Shown piece by piece: positions 39,977 through 50,010 of a DNA stretch of 64,000 bases; the first letter of the stretch is position 1, and the number at the start of each line of letters is the position of its first letter. The notes beneath the pieces are model-generated. The model was given only the letters and a program-made list of their open reading frames with translations, was not told where the DNA came from and searched no databases. The position numbers and the translations under genes are program-made. The stretch lies in contig JAHJRK010000203.1 in the NCBI GenBank assembly GCA_018830925.1, positions 19,261 to 83,260 of the forward strand, in the 5' to 3' direction. The stretch is from Pseudomonadota bacterium (GTDB lineage Bacteria; Desulfobacterota; Desulfobacteria; Desulfobacterales; RPRI01).

Positions 39977-41038
39977 ATGGCTGAAGAGAACTCTGCAGAG
40001 AAGACCGAGAAACCGACATCAAAGAAGAGAGAGGAAGTCCGGAAAAAAGGAGAGGTGGCAAAAAGCAGAGAGCTGCCTTCCGTAGCCGTTCTCTTGTTCG
40101 GCCTGTTTTCCATTGGAATATTCGGTTCATATGCGTCTTCCCGGATTCAGGATATTTTGAAAAGCATGTTTTCCAATCCTGTTTTGGGCGATCCGACGAT
40201 TCACGGCTTAATGCCCTTTATTCAAAACACGACTCTTTCGTTTATTATGATAGTTGGCCCCCTTCTCGCGGCCGTGTTTATTGCGGCCGTTTTGTCAAAC
40301 ATCATGCAGGTTGGTTTTATGTTGTCGGGAGAACTGATCCAACCCAAGTTTTCGAAGCTGAATCCAATCAAAGGCCTGGCCAGGCTGTTTTCTATGCAAT
40401 CACTTGTTGAACTGGTCAAGTCCCTGCTTAAGCTGACAATTGTGGGCGTAACGGCATATCTTACCATCAGCAAAGAGATGGAAAACGTTTCGCTGCTGGG
40501 GGGATTGGAGCTTAGTTCCATTTTTTATTATATCCTTGTTACTTTTTTTAAGATCATTCTCAAATGCTCCCTTGCAATGGCCGTTTTGGCGGCAATGGAT
40601 TACGGCTTCCAAAGATGGGAATTTGAGAAAAAGATAAGAATGACCAAACAGGAAATTAAGGAAGAATATAAAAAATCGGAAGGGGACCCGCTGATCAAGT
40701 CCAGGATAAAGAGAATTCAGATGGAAATGGCGAGGAAGAGGATGATGCAGGCAGTTCCCCAGGCGGATGTGGTCATCACGAACCCGACTCATTTCGCCGT
40801 GGCTCTGAAGTACGACAGCGCCAAAATGAATGCTCCCAAAGTAACGGCCAAGGGGGTCGGAAGTATCGCCGAACGGATAAAAAGCCTGGCAAAAGAGCAT
40901 GGTGTTCCGGTCGTCGAAAATAAGGAACTTGCGCGGAATCTGCATAAACTGGTGGAAATAGGGCAGGACATTCCTGCGGCTCTTTACCAGTCGGTCGCCG
41001 AGGTATTGGCATATATCTATAAATTGAAAAGCAAATAG
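39977..41038 (+). CDS. flhB: Flagellar export switch FlhB
   Basis: 'EKTEKPT', 'SEGDP' and autocleavage motif 'NPTH'. Confidence 0.97.
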   Translation: MAEENSAEKTEKPTSKKREEVRKKGEVAKSRELPSVAVLLFGLFSIGIFGSYASSRIQDILKSMFSNPVLGDPTIHGLMPFIQNTTLSFIMIVGPLLAAVFIAAVLSNIMQVGFMLSGELIQPKFSKLNPIKGLARLFSMQSLVELVKSLLKLTIVGVTAYLTISKEMENVSLLGGLELSSIFYYILVTFFKIILKCSLAMAVLAAMDYGFQRWEFEKKIRMTKQEIKEEYKKSEGDPLIKSRIKRIQMEMARKRMMQAVPQADVVITNPTHFAVALKYDSAKMNAPKVTAKGVGSIAERIKSLAKEHGVPVVENKELARNLHKLVEIGQDIPAALYQSVAEVLAYIYKLKSK

Positions 41039-41136
41039 TAACTGTTCAGGTGGATAGACTGAAGGCTATTAGACTGTAGGCTGTAGGTAGGTAGGCTAAT
41101 AGTTTACAGCCAAACAGCCTACAGCCTATAAATTAC
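41038..41136. repeat. Heptamer fold-back element overlapping the flhB stop
   Basis: TAG overlaps GTAACTGTTCAGGT, followed by tagactg/taggctg...cagccta units. Confidence 0.88.
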
Positions 41137-41154
41137 ATAGACGGAGATAATTGA

Positions 41155-43245
41155 ATGGAAGATGTTATAGGAACAAAAACAGGTATTGCGTCATCAAGCG
41201 AGATAATTACGGTCGCCGGCGTAATCGCAGTTCTGCTGGTCATGATCATTCCTTTGCCCCCGGTGGTTCTCGATTTTCTTCTTGCCTTAAATATAACGCT
41301 GTCGATTACTATCCTGTTGATTTCCATGTTTACCCTGAAGCCTCTTGACTTCTCCATTTTCCCGACCCTGCTGCTGTTGACGACTCTTTTCCGGCTTTCT
41401 CTCAACGTGGCAACCACCCGGTTGATACTTTTGCGGGGCCATGAAGGATCTCACGCTGCCGGCAAAGTTATCATGTCGTTCGGGAGTTTCGTGGTCAGCG
41501 GCAATTATGTGGTCGGCATGATTATTTTTATTATACTGGTCATCGTGAATTTCATAGTAATCACCAAGGGTGCGTCAAGAATAGCTGAGGTGGCCGCAAG
41601 ATTTACACTCGACGCGATGCCCGGGAAACAAATGAGTATCGATGCGGATTTGAATGCCGGGATGATTGATGAAAAGGAGGCAAAAAAACGGAGGAAAGAG
41701 ATTGCCCAGGAAGCGGAATTTCACGGAGCTATGGATGGCGCGATCAAATTTGTCAGGGGAGATGCCATAGCAGGCATTATCATAACAATGATCAATATCA
41801 TTGGCGGATTCATCATCGGTGTTTTTCAAATGCAGTTATCCGTAGGCGATGCCGCTAAAAATTATACCCTTCTGACGGTAGGTGACGGCCTGGTATCTCA
41901 AATTCCGGCACTCGTCATATCCACTGCGGCCGGTATTGTACTCAGCAGATCCGGTTCAACGGATACCATGGGCAAGGAGTTCGGCAAACAATTCCAGAAT
42001 CACCACAAGGCGATTTATCTGTCGGCCCTGATCGTGTTTATGTTCGGGCTGATACCGGGATTACCGCATTTCTCGTTTATCATTCTTTCACTTCTGATCG
42101 GAGGTTCCGTCTATTTGTTGAGGCAGAAATCGAAGACCTCCCGGACTGAAGAAATAATGAAAAGCAAAAAGAAAGAGGTTGAAGCCGGTCCGGAAATTGT
42201 TGATCACCTGTTACTTGTCGATCTGCTGGAGTTGGAAGTCGGATACGGCCTTATTGCACTCGTTGATAAAGATCAGGGCGGTGAGTTTCTGGATAAAATC
42301 AGGTCGATACGCCAGCAGTTTGCCGTTGAAATGGGGATTGTGATACCTCCGATCCACATCCGTGATAACCTGCGGCTGAAATCATCCGAATACCAGATTA
42401 TGTTGAAGGGGGTAAAGATTGCAGGCGCCGAGTTGATGGTTAATCACTTTCTTGCGATGGATCCGGGCGATGCGGTCAGAAAAATTGAAGGGATCAGTAC
42501 GCATGAGCCATCCTTTAATCTGCCGGCGATTTGGATCCCCGAAGCGAAGAAAGAAGAAGCGAAGCTCTCCGGTTATACGGTAGTAGATAATGTGACTGTA
42601 ATGGCGACGCATTTGACCGAGGTGCTCAGATCGCACTTGGCGGAACTTATGGGTCGTCAGGAAGTTCAGAACTTGCTTGACAACCTCAGTAAATCCTATC
42701 CGAAAGTTGTTGAAGAACTGGTCCCGAACCCGCTTTCACTGGGCGGTGTGCAGAAGGTTTTGCAAAACCTGTTGAAAGAACAGGTGCCGATCAAAGATAT
42801 GCTGACCATAGTTGAAACGCTTGCCGACTATGCCCCGCTTACGAAAGACTCCGAACTTTTGACGGAATATGTCAGGCATAAACTGGCCCGATCCATCATC
42901 AGCCCCCATTTAGGCGAAGATAACTGTTTGAATTTGATAACGATGTCACCGGAGATTGAAAATATTCTGATTAAAAACATTCAGAAAACGGAACATGGTT
43001 CATATCTTGCGATTGATCCTAAGACAGCGGATCAGATTCTGGAATCGATAAAAGAAGAGTCTGAAAAGGCGATGATGCAGAATATACAGCCGATTCTGTT
43101 AACATCTCCCACATTACGAAGGCACTTAAAAAAATTGGTGGAATATTTTGTTCCTTCACTCAAAGTATTGTCCCACAGTGAACTGTTAAGCGACATGAAG
43201 TTTAAATCGATAGGAGAGGTTGGATTGAGCCGTGCAAATTCATAA
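41155..43245 (+). CDS. flhA: Flagellar export protein FlhA
   Basis: 'RIAEVAARFTLDAMPGKQMSIDADL' and 'GDGLVSQIP'. Confidence 0.98.
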   Translation: MEDVIGTKTGIASSSEIITVAGVIAVLLVMIIPLPPVVLDFLLALNITLSITILLISMFTLKPLDFSIFPTLLLLTTLFRLSLNVATTRLILLRGHEGSHAAGKVIMSFGSFVVSGNYVVGMIIFIILVIVNFIVITKGASRIAEVAARFTLDAMPGKQMSIDADLNAGMIDEKEAKKRRKEIAQEAEFHGAMDGAIKFVRGDAIAGIIITMINIIGGFIIGVFQMQLSVGDAAKNYTLLTVGDGLVSQIPALVISTAAGIVLSRSGSTDTMGKEFGKQFQNHHKAIYLSALIVFMFGLIPGLPHFSFIILSLLIGGSVYLLRQKSKTSRTEEIMKSKKKEVEAGPEIVDHLLLVDLLELEVGYGLIALVDKDQGGEFLDKIRSIRQQFAVEMGIVIPPIHIRDNLRLKSSEYQIMLKGVKIAGAELMVNHFLAMDPGDAVRKIEGISTHEPSFNLPAIWIPEAKKEEAKLSGYTVVDNVTVMATHLTEVLRSHLAELMGRQEVQNLLDNLSKSYPKVVEELVPNPLSLGGVQKVLQNLLKEQVPIKDMLTIVETLADYAPLTKDSELLTEYVRHKLARSIISPHLGEDNCLNLITMSPEIENILIKNIQKTEHGSYLAIDPKTADQILESIKEESEKAMMQNIQPILLTSPTLRRHLKKLVEYFVPSLKVLSHSELLSDMKFKSIGEVGLSRANS

Positions 43246-44287
43246 GTACAAGGCGAAAACAATCAGTGATGCGATTGCCATGGTTAAGAGTGAACTGGGG
43301 CCGGACGCGATGATTTTATCTTCCAAAAAGCTGAATGGGAAAGAGAGCGGCCATATCTTTGAGATAGCCGCAGTTGCATCATATGCGGAAACCCTGGATG
43401 AAACTCCCGAATCATACGACGGAGTAAAATCGGAACTTATGAGCATCAGGGAGATGATCTGTATCCTGAACCATTCGGAAGGAATGGTGGAAAAATCGAT
43501 GTTGAAGCCGGTGACACTGACGCTGTACGCAAAAATGCTTAAAAACGGTATAAAAGACCATTATGCAAAGAGATTCCTTGAACAGGGAGGCGCGTTCAGG
43601 GATTATTCACCGGAGGATTTTGCAACCGTCAAAAAGGAAACTATCAAAGCTGTAATGAAAAAAGTTGAGATTCATAAGCTCTTTGAATCCATAAACGGCA
43701 GCCGGACAATCACGGCCCTGGTCGGGACGACCGGCGTGGGGAAAACGACAACGATCGCAAAGCTTGCTGCGCAAATGTCGCTCAAAAGCAAAAAAAAAGT
43801 AGGGCTGATTTCGATAGACAGTTATCGAATCGGAGCGATGGAGCAGCTTAAGGCGTACGCTAATATTCTGGGGATTCCTTGCTTTCCCGCGTTTAACAGG
43901 CAGTATCTTGTTGCTGCGCTTGAAAGTCTGAAAAATATGGACGTGGTGTTAATCGATACAGCAGGACAGAGTCAATACGACGGGAAGAGGATTGAAGAGC
44001 TGAAAAACATGATGACAGACGATTTGCAAATTCAATCCCATCTGCTTCTCAGCGTGTCAACAACTGAGGAGGAGATGAATAAAACAGCGGTTAATTTCAG
44101 CCCACTGAAATTCAGGAGCTATGTTTTTACAAAGCTGGACGAAGCCGAAAAGTACGGATCTATTATCAATCAGTTGATGAAGATACAGCTTCCGATCTCA
44201 TATTTGACAACCGGTCAGAATGTTCCGGAAGATATTGAGGAAGCGACAAAGAACAGAATGGTAAAGCTTTTATTTAATAACAGATAG
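43232..44287 (+). CDS. flhF: SRP-like GTPase FlhF
   Basis: 'GTTGVGKTTTIAKLA', 'DTAG', 'TKLDE' and 'GQNVPEDI'. Confidence 0.96.
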   Translation: MQIHKYKAKTISDAIAMVKSELGPDAMILSSKKLNGKESGHIFEIAAVASYAETLDETPESYDGVKSELMSIREMICILNHSEGMVEKSMLKPVTLTLYAKMLKNGIKDHYAKRFLEQGGAFRDYSPEDFATVKKETIKAVMKKVEIHKLFESINGSRTITALVGTTGVGKTTTIAKLAAQMSLKSKKKVGLISIDSYRIGAMEQLKAYANILGIPCFPAFNRQYLVAALESLKNMDVVLIDTAGQSQYDGKRIEELKNMMTDDLQIQSHLLLSVSTTEEEMNKTAVNFSPLKFRSYVFTKLDEAEKYGSIINQLMKIQLPISYLTTGQNVPEDIEEATKNRMVKLLFNNR

Positions 44288-44381
44288 TAACTATTCGGGA
44301 GGCGCAAAGGTCCGAATGTGTCTTTGCTCCCTTCAATCAGGGTACTTACTAATCTAATGAAACAGACTGGAGTATAAAATA

Positions 44382-45314
44382 ATGGATCAGGCAACACCTT
44401 TGAGAGAGATGGTAGAGGTTGAGTCAAAAAGCATATACAAACTCAAAAGAGGCGGAACAGTTGAACCGAACTCAGGCGCAAACGACCCCAGGGTGATAAC
44501 TGTTTCCAGCGGAAAGGGCGGGGTAGGCAAAACTAATGTGGTTGTCAATCTTGCCATCGCATGCCAGCGGTTGGGCAAACGGGTGTTGATCCTGGACGCC
44601 GATCTCGGGCTGGCAAATATCGATATTATTTTCGGACTAAATCCGAAGTATAATATCGAGAATATTATCAGAGGAGAAAAGGACCTGTCGCAGGTTATCG
44701 TTCATGGACCGGAAGGAGTCGATATCATACCGGCAAGTTCGGGAGTCCAGGAGCTGACACACCTGACCGAAGGCCAGAAGATCAATCTGCTGAATGAATT
44801 TGATACGTTGAACTGCTTGTACGACGTGTTGCTGATCGACACAGGCGCCGGTGTATCTTCGAATGTCATATATTTTAATCTGGCTGCGGAAGAGAGAATG
44901 GTTGTTGCTACTCCGGAACCCACTTCCGTAACGGATGCTTATGCACTCATAAAGATATTGTTTTTCAAACACGGGATAAAAAGTTTTTATCTCCTGTTAA
45001 ATATGGTAAAAGATGAAAAAGAAGCCAAATTGGTTTACAGCAACTTTACTAAAGTTGTGGCCAGATTTATGGGAGGAATATCAATTGAATATGCCGGCTT
45101 CATACCTCATGACAATTTATTAAGGGATTCGGTTGCCCGCAGAAAACCGGTTATGTGCGCCTATCCGGGAGCTCCTTCAAGCGGTAGTTTCAAAATAGTG
45201 GCCGACCATCTTTTGAATAGGGAAAATAACAGACGGATTGACGGGAATATTAAATTCTTTTGGAAAAGACTTATAGCCGGAGCAGCAGATGTTGACAATA
45301 AGCGCGGAAATTAA
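44382..45314 (+). CDS. flhG: MinD-like ATPase FlhG/FleN
   Basis: 'MDQA..LR', 'SGKGGVGKT' and 'PEPTSVTDAYALIK'. Confidence 0.95.
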   Translation: MDQATPLREMVEVESKSIYKLKRGGTVEPNSGANDPRVITVSSGKGGVGKTNVVVNLAIACQRLGKRVLILDADLGLANIDIIFGLNPKYNIENIIRGEKDLSQVIVHGPEGVDIIPASSGVQELTHLTEGQKINLLNEFDTLNCLYDVLLIDTGAGVSSNVIYFNLAAEERMVVATPEPTSVTDAYALIKILFFKHGIKSFYLLLNMVKDEKEAKLVYSNFTKVVARFMGGISIEYAGFIPHDNLLRDSVARRKPVMCAYPGAPSSGSFKIVADHLLNRENNRRIDGNIKFFWKRLIAGAADVDNKRGN

Positions 45315-46056
45315 TCGGTACCTGGAGACTTCTCAGATAGACTTAAAAGAAGAAAAAACCAAGTACAGAGAAGAGCGCATCATTAAATATGCGCCGCTTG
45401 TAAAATATGTTGCCGACAGGCTGGCTATTCGGATGCCTTCACATATTTCCAAGGACGATATGACCAGCGCAGGGATAATCGGACTGTTTGACGCGGTTGA
45501 AAATTTTGATTCAAACAGGGGGATCAAGTTTGAGACTTATGCATTTTACAGAATAAGAGGCGCTGTCCTGGATGAGATGAGGAAGCTGGATTGGATTCCG
45601 AGATCGATCCGAAAAGATATTCAGCAAATTGAAGAGGCCATAACTGCCGTTCGAAAAAAACTGGGCAGGGATCCTGAGGATCACGAGGTCGCCGAGTGGC
45701 TTGGAGTCAGTATTGAATCCTACTTTAAGATGATCAATAAGGCTTTTGGTGTGAACCTGCTGAGTCTGGACGAACCCATGATGGGTTCATACGTTACGGT
45801 TGTGAACAAAATGGAGTCGAAAACTCCGTCACCCTTTGATGAATTGGGCAGAAATGAGCTGAAAGAAGTTATTGCGGACGCCCTGTCGAAGCTGCCGGAA
45901 AAAGAACGCATGGTCGTTTCACTTTATTATTACGACGAACTGACGTTAAAGGAGATAGCAAAGGTTATGAAGTTGACCGAATCGCGAATATCCCAGATTC
46001 ACACGAAGGCAATAATCTCTTTGCGGGCAAAATTGAAAACATATTTCGGGAGTTGA
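45289..46056 (+). CDS. fliA: RNA polymerase sigma28 FliA
   Basis: 'RIRGAVLDEMRKLDWIPRS' and 'LYYYDELTLKEI...TESRISQIH'. Confidence 0.96.
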   Translation: MLTISAEINRYLETSQIDLKEEKTKYREERIIKYAPLVKYVADRLAIRMPSHISKDDMTSAGIIGLFDAVENFDSNRGIKFETYAFYRIRGAVLDEMRKLDWIPRSIRKDIQQIEEAITAVRKKLGRDPEDHEVAEWLGVSIESYFKMINKAFGVNLLSLDEPMMGSYVTVVNKMESKTPSPFDELGRNELKEVIADALSKLPEKERMVVSLYYYDELTLKEIAKVMKLTESRISQIHTKAIISLRAKLKTYFGS

Positions 46057-46058
46057 AC

Positions 46059-46604
46059 ATGGATTCCAACGAAACAGACAGCAAGGACGAACAGATCGAC
46101 GGAAACGAGTCGGTAAATGAAGCCCCTGTTCCGGTCCGTCGGATAAAAAAAATATTCACAGGTAAGATTATTGGCCTGGTTGCCCTGGCGACATTTCTGG
46201 TTGCATTGATAACTTTCAGCTTCGTCCGGAAAGATCCGGAAGTAAAGAATATACCGGAGCCTGAAAAAAAATTGTCGGCGGCTAAAGAAGTATCGGCGGT
46301 TGTTGATGAACGGGCGCTGGTTTTAAAACCGTTTATTGTTCTTTTTGAAAACGCAAAAGATTATACTTATATTATTGTGGAAGTCTCTTTCGACGTTCCC
46401 GATAAGATATTGCACAGCGAGATGATTGAGAAGCAGAACCGGCTCAGAGCAATAATATATGATATCATCATAAACGAAGTTAAAAGAACAAAAGCGATTC
46501 CATCAATTTCGGAACTTAAGCAACAGATAAACAGAGAGATTAACGCGGTTTTGGAAAACGGGAAGATAAACGGGGTGTTTGTGACAAATTTTATCGCTGT
46601 TTAA
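46059..46604 (+). CDS. Second, divergent FliL-family protein
   Basis: Single TM, 'LKPFIV', 'RLRAIIY' and C-terminal 'VFVTNFIAV'. Confidence 0.7.
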   Translation: MDSNETDSKDEQIDGNESVNEAPVPVRRIKKIFTGKIIGLVALATFLVALITFSFVRKDPEVKNIPEPEKKLSAAKEVSAVVDERALVLKPFIVLFENAKDYTYIIVEVSFDVPDKILHSEMIEKQNRLRAIIYDIIINEVKRTKAIPSISELKQQINREINAVLENGKINGVFVTNFIAV

Positions 46605-46627
46605 TAACGGATTAAATAGGTTATTTA

Positions 46628-46933
46628 ATGTCAAGTACTACAGATTTGAATATTGTCTTAATCCAGGGGTCTGCGGTCAAGGAGATACAGAACGTCAGAA
46701 AGCAGACCCTTGATTTAAACCAGCAGTATGTCGCCCAGCACACCGAAAGCATGAAGAAACAAGAGAAAGAAAAGGTCCCGGAGCTAAAACCCGGCGACCG
46801 TGTCGAAATTAAAAATGAAAATGAAAAGAAAAACTTGAAAGACCGCAAACAGGAACAAAAGGATCCCGAGGAAGATACTTTTGAAGAAGAAGCAGCGCCT
46901 TCGGGGGACCATATTATCGATATTACGGTGTAA
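46628..46933 (+). CDS. Hypothetical charged protein ending GDHIIDITV
   Basis: Operonic 101-aa ORF preceded by AGGT. Confidence 0.7.
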   Translation: MSSTTDLNIVLIQGSAVKEIQNVRKQTLDLNQQYVAQHTESMKKQEKEKVPELKPGDRVEIKNENEKKNLKDRKQEQKDPEEDTFEEEAAPSGDHIIDITV

Positions 46934-46941
46934 TTATGTCT

Positions 46942-47144
46942 GACGGCTTCGTAAAAAGTCATTCTGCCGTGTTGCACTTCATCCCCGCCCTGTTGAATTC
47001 TCGCTGCGCGAGACGGCAGAGCCGATTCAACAGGGTGAGTCATTGCAGCGTACGAAAAGTACGCTTCATTCCTCAAGATTCGTGCACCTTGCATAATGAG
47101 CTTTTTACTTTGCCGTCCAAATTTCGACTTTTTACGGGATAATT
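46942..47144. mobile_element. ~203-bp MITE, copy 3
   Basis: Homologous to copies 1 and 2, flanked by a duplicated ATGTCT (extendable to TAATTATGTCTG). Confidence 0.88.
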
Positions 47145-47639
47145 ATGTCTGTATTTGATCTGAAATATTTAATTGTTGTATTGATAAGCATTGATATTAT
47201 TCTGCTGGCTGTTTGCGTATTCCTGATACTGAAAATCAGATTGATACCAAAAACAGAAGTTTTCGAACGTGGGATTAAACTTTTTGAATCTATGCTCGGC
47301 GACGCGGACGAAGTAAGCGAGCAGTTTCAGGAACAGATCAGGATAAAATATTCACTGATCAAAAAACTCAGCGAGCAACTGGACAGCCGGATCGACAGGC
47401 TGAATATTCTGTTGAACAGGGTGGGTATTTTGCTGTCTGATAACGAGGCGGCACCGCTGTCAAATCCGCCTGCCGGGTCTATTATTCACCGGCAAAATGA
47501 GATTCTTGAACTGGCCGAAAAAGGATGTTCCGTCGAAGAGATTGCAGACAGGCTTTTGATCTCTAAAGGTGAAATAAAACTGATTCTTGATTTAAACGAC
47601 AAAAACAACCGGACTCAAGATAGCCGGGGTGTATCTTGA
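47145..47639 (+). CDS. Membrane-anchored coiled-coil protein with C-terminal HTH-like motif (DUF2802-like)
   Basis: N-terminal TM and 'ILELAEKGCSVEEIADRLLISKGEIKLIL'. Confidence 0.75.
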   Translation: MSVFDLKYLIVVLISIDIILLAVCVFLILKIRLIPKTEVFERGIKLFESMLGDADEVSEQFQEQIRIKYSLIKKLSEQLDSRIDRLNILLNRVGILLSDNEAAPLSNPPAGSIIHRQNEILELAEKGCSVEEIADRLLISKGEIKLILDLNDKNNRTQDSRGVS

Positions 47640-48718
47640 TCGAACTTGACAACCTCTCTTCTTCCGACATCCCGATTTCAATTTTAAAACCGAAACACCC
47701 CGGAGAAACTCCCGGGTTTGCTGAAAACGAAATTGTCAAAGGGAAAGTTCTGAAAGTTATAGATTCAGAAACAGCGATCCTTCTGATAAACGGGCGAAAT
47801 TTTACCGCGAGAACCCAGATCCCTCTAAGTGCCGGTGATATCCTGGCGCTGAAAGTCAAAGAATTGTTACCCGTTCCGGTTCTCCGCGCGATGAGCATCC
47901 AGTATGCCCGACCCGAGACTGCCAATATTTCCGTTATACTATCGGCTCTGAAAGAAAATTTGTGGAAATCGGTATTCGAAAAAATCAATAACGTCGGTGG
48001 TTCGGCAACTGAAAGAGCGTTATGGAGTAAAATTGTAGAAGATTTGCCCCGGAAATTATTAAATGAAGGAAAGCCGGAATCTTTGCTTAAGATGATCGAC
48101 CGGTCAGGTATTTTCTGGGAATCAAAACTAAAAAAGGTAAGTGAGCAGAACCCGGTTGACGGTAAACAGATCAGACAACTTATCGACAGCGATCTGAAAG
48201 GATTGCTTTCCAAACTCATTTCAAAGACGGAAGGTGGGGATGTCCAGACCGGGAGATTGCTGTCCGCCGTGAAAAATCTCCAGATACTCGATCGGTTGGG
48301 ATTAGAGCGGGATCAAAAAATATTTATTCCCCTGCCGGTTCAATTACCGGACGGACATTTTATCATAATCCAACTGCTGTTCCAGATTCCTCGGAAAGAG
48401 AAAGAGGACTCTGAAAAATCAGCCGGAGACAGGCAATCGCTTAAGATATCCGTTCTTCTGGAATTATCCCGCATAGGGCCGATTCGGGCGGACTTTACCG
48501 TGAAGGGAAAGAAGATTGACGGCATGTTTAAAGTTGCCGGTCAGGATACACTTGAACTGTTCGAAAGCTCCATTCCGGAATTTGTTAAGAATCTGGAGGA
48601 TAAAGGATTTGAGATCCGGCATATCGGGTGCCTGATTAAAGAGCCTGAGATCGTCTCACAACCGCTGGTCCGGGAAATAATTCAGGCAGCGGACTGCAAC
48701 ATCGACATGGTGGTATAG
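47636..48718 (+). CDS. Protein with FliK-like C-terminal domain, paired with the FlhB-C paralogue
   Basis: 'SGIFWESKL' and 'LELSRIGPIRADF...LEDKGF', directly upstream of the FlhB-C-like gene. Confidence 0.65.
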   Translation: MIELDNLSSSDIPISILKPKHPGETPGFAENEIVKGKVLKVIDSETAILLINGRNFTARTQIPLSAGDILALKVKELLPVPVLRAMSIQYARPETANISVILSALKENLWKSVFEKINNVGGSATERALWSKIVEDLPRKLLNEGKPESLLKMIDRSGIFWESKLKKVSEQNPVDGKQIRQLIDSDLKGLLSKLISKTEGGDVQTGRLLSAVKNLQILDRLGLERDQKIFIPLPVQLPDGHFIIIQLLFQIPRKEKEDSEKSAGDRQSLKISVLLELSRIGPIRADFTVKGKKIDGMFKVAGQDTLELFESSIPEFVKNLEDKGFEIRHIGCLIKEPEIVSQPLVREIIQAADCNIDMVV

Positions 48719-48997
48719 ATGGCTTTCCGTAAAGGATACGATAAGGCTGTTGCATTAAGATATAAGCCCGGACTGGAACAGGCGCCCCGTGTAATTGCGG
48801 CGGGTAAGGGAAAGATTGCCGAAAAGATCATCCGGATTGCAAAAGAACATAACATCCATGTGCATAATGATCCTGATCTGGTTGAGGTTTTATCCGAACT
48901 TGAACTTAACAGCGAGATTCCCCCGGAACTTTATGTGGTGGTCTCGGAAATTCTCGTTTTTATCTATTCCCTGAACCGGAAAGAAACGTCCGGATAG
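48719..48997 (+). CDS. Stand-alone FlhB C-terminal-like protein (FlhX/EscU-YscU family)
   Basis: 'AVALRY...APRVIAAGKGKIAEKII..A', 'EIPPELY.VVSEIL'. Confidence 0.9.
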   Translation: MAFRKGYDKAVALRYKPGLEQAPRVIAAGKGKIAEKIIRIAKEHNIHVHNDPDLVEVLSELELNSEIPPELYVVVSEILVFIYSLNRKETSG

Positions 48998-49018
48998 GCA
49001 AATATTTCCCCTTCCTTT

Positions 49019-49113
49019 TTGGACGCGGATGAACGCAGATTGCCAAGTTTTCAATATAAAGAGCTAATAGAATAGTTATCTGCGGGTATCGGTAAAAATC
49101 TGCGTCCTAATTA
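49019..49113 (+). mobile_element. ~95-nt CGCAGAT/ATCTGCG fold-back element, copy A
   Basis: GGACGCGGATGAACGCAGAT...ATCTGCG...ATCTGCGTCC. An inverted homologue lies at 59082-59180. Confidence 0.8.
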
Positions 49114-49242
49114 GAAGTATCGAACATATTAAGATAACTCTCTTTTTTTATTCTGACCCTCTGTTCCTGGCTTCTGCATTCTATTTCCTGTCGCTAGAGT
49201 GGTTATCAAATATATTTATTAAACATTTGGATTAAGTTGAAT

Positions 49243-49259
49243 CTGGCATCAATATTGCT
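49243..49259 (+). promoter_or_regulatory. Sigma54 promoter of the flgF operon
   Basis: CTGGCATCAATATTGCT. Confidence 0.75.
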
Positions 49260-49309
49260 TTTAATATCTGTAAACAATGAATTCCAATAATAATCGAGGA
49301 GAAGAAAAA

Positions 49310-49993
49310 TTGATATCAGGCATCTACGGATTAGTTGACGGTTCATTGATACAACAGCTTCGGTTTGACACTCTTTCGAACAACCTGGCAAACGTCAATA
49401 CAAATGGATTTAAACAAGACATAGTTTCGTTCGACGAGGCTCTTACTCTGAAGTACTTGACCTCCGTTGATATGTCTTCAGGTCCGGTTGTTAATACGGG
49501 CAACAAATTCGATGTTGCGCTGGAAGGTCCCGGGTTTTTCAAGATCCAGACATCAGCGGGAATAAGGTATTCACGCGATGGATCTTTCACCCTCAACCGT
49601 GACGGAATGCTGGTAAATCAGAATGGTGATCAGGTGCTGGGACAAAACGGCCCTATTACGTTAAGCGGCGGTGATTTAACTATAGGGCGTGACGGACAAA
49701 TAAGCGAGAACGGCATCCCCGGTGACAAGTTAGGGCTTGTTGACTTTAAGGAACCGCGGTTTCTTCAAAAAGAGGGTATGAATTACTATGTTTACAAAGG
49801 GAAAGAGGGAGATATTCTGACTGCGGAGAAAATCACTGTTCAGCAGCAGCATCTGGAAAAATCGAACGTGAACGTAACGGAAGAGATGATCAGAATGGTT
49901 GAATCTTTCAGGGCGTTTGAGGCCGTTCAAAAGGCAATTCAGAATACGGATGAAATGACAAGCAAGTTGGTTAACGACCCTGAATTATTATAA
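49310..49993 (+). CDS. flgF: Flagellar rod protein FlgF
   Basis: '[13 protein letters not shown]', 'YSRDGSF' and 'LEKSNVN'. TTG 49310 follows AGGAG. Confidence 0.88.
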   Translation: MISGIYGLVDGSLIQQLRFDTLSNNLANVNTNGFKQDIVSFDEALTLKYLTSVDMSSGPVVNTGNKFDVALEGPGFFKIQTSAGIRYSRDGSFTLNRDGMLVNQNGDQVLGQNGPITLSGGDLTIGRDGQISENGIPGDKLGLVDFKEPRFLQKEGMNYYVYKGKEGDILTAEKITVQQQHLEKSNVNVTEEMIRMVESFRAFEAVQKAIQNTDEMTSKLVNDPELL

Positions 49994-50010
49994 TTTATAA
50001 GGAGGTATTT

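Noticed and set aside
46621-47094. Minus-strand ORFs at 46621-47094 and 31094-31282 sharing the peptide YAAMTHPVESALPSRAARIQQGGDE
   Set aside because: The similarity comes from the MITE copies, and both ORFs overlap real genes in antisense.
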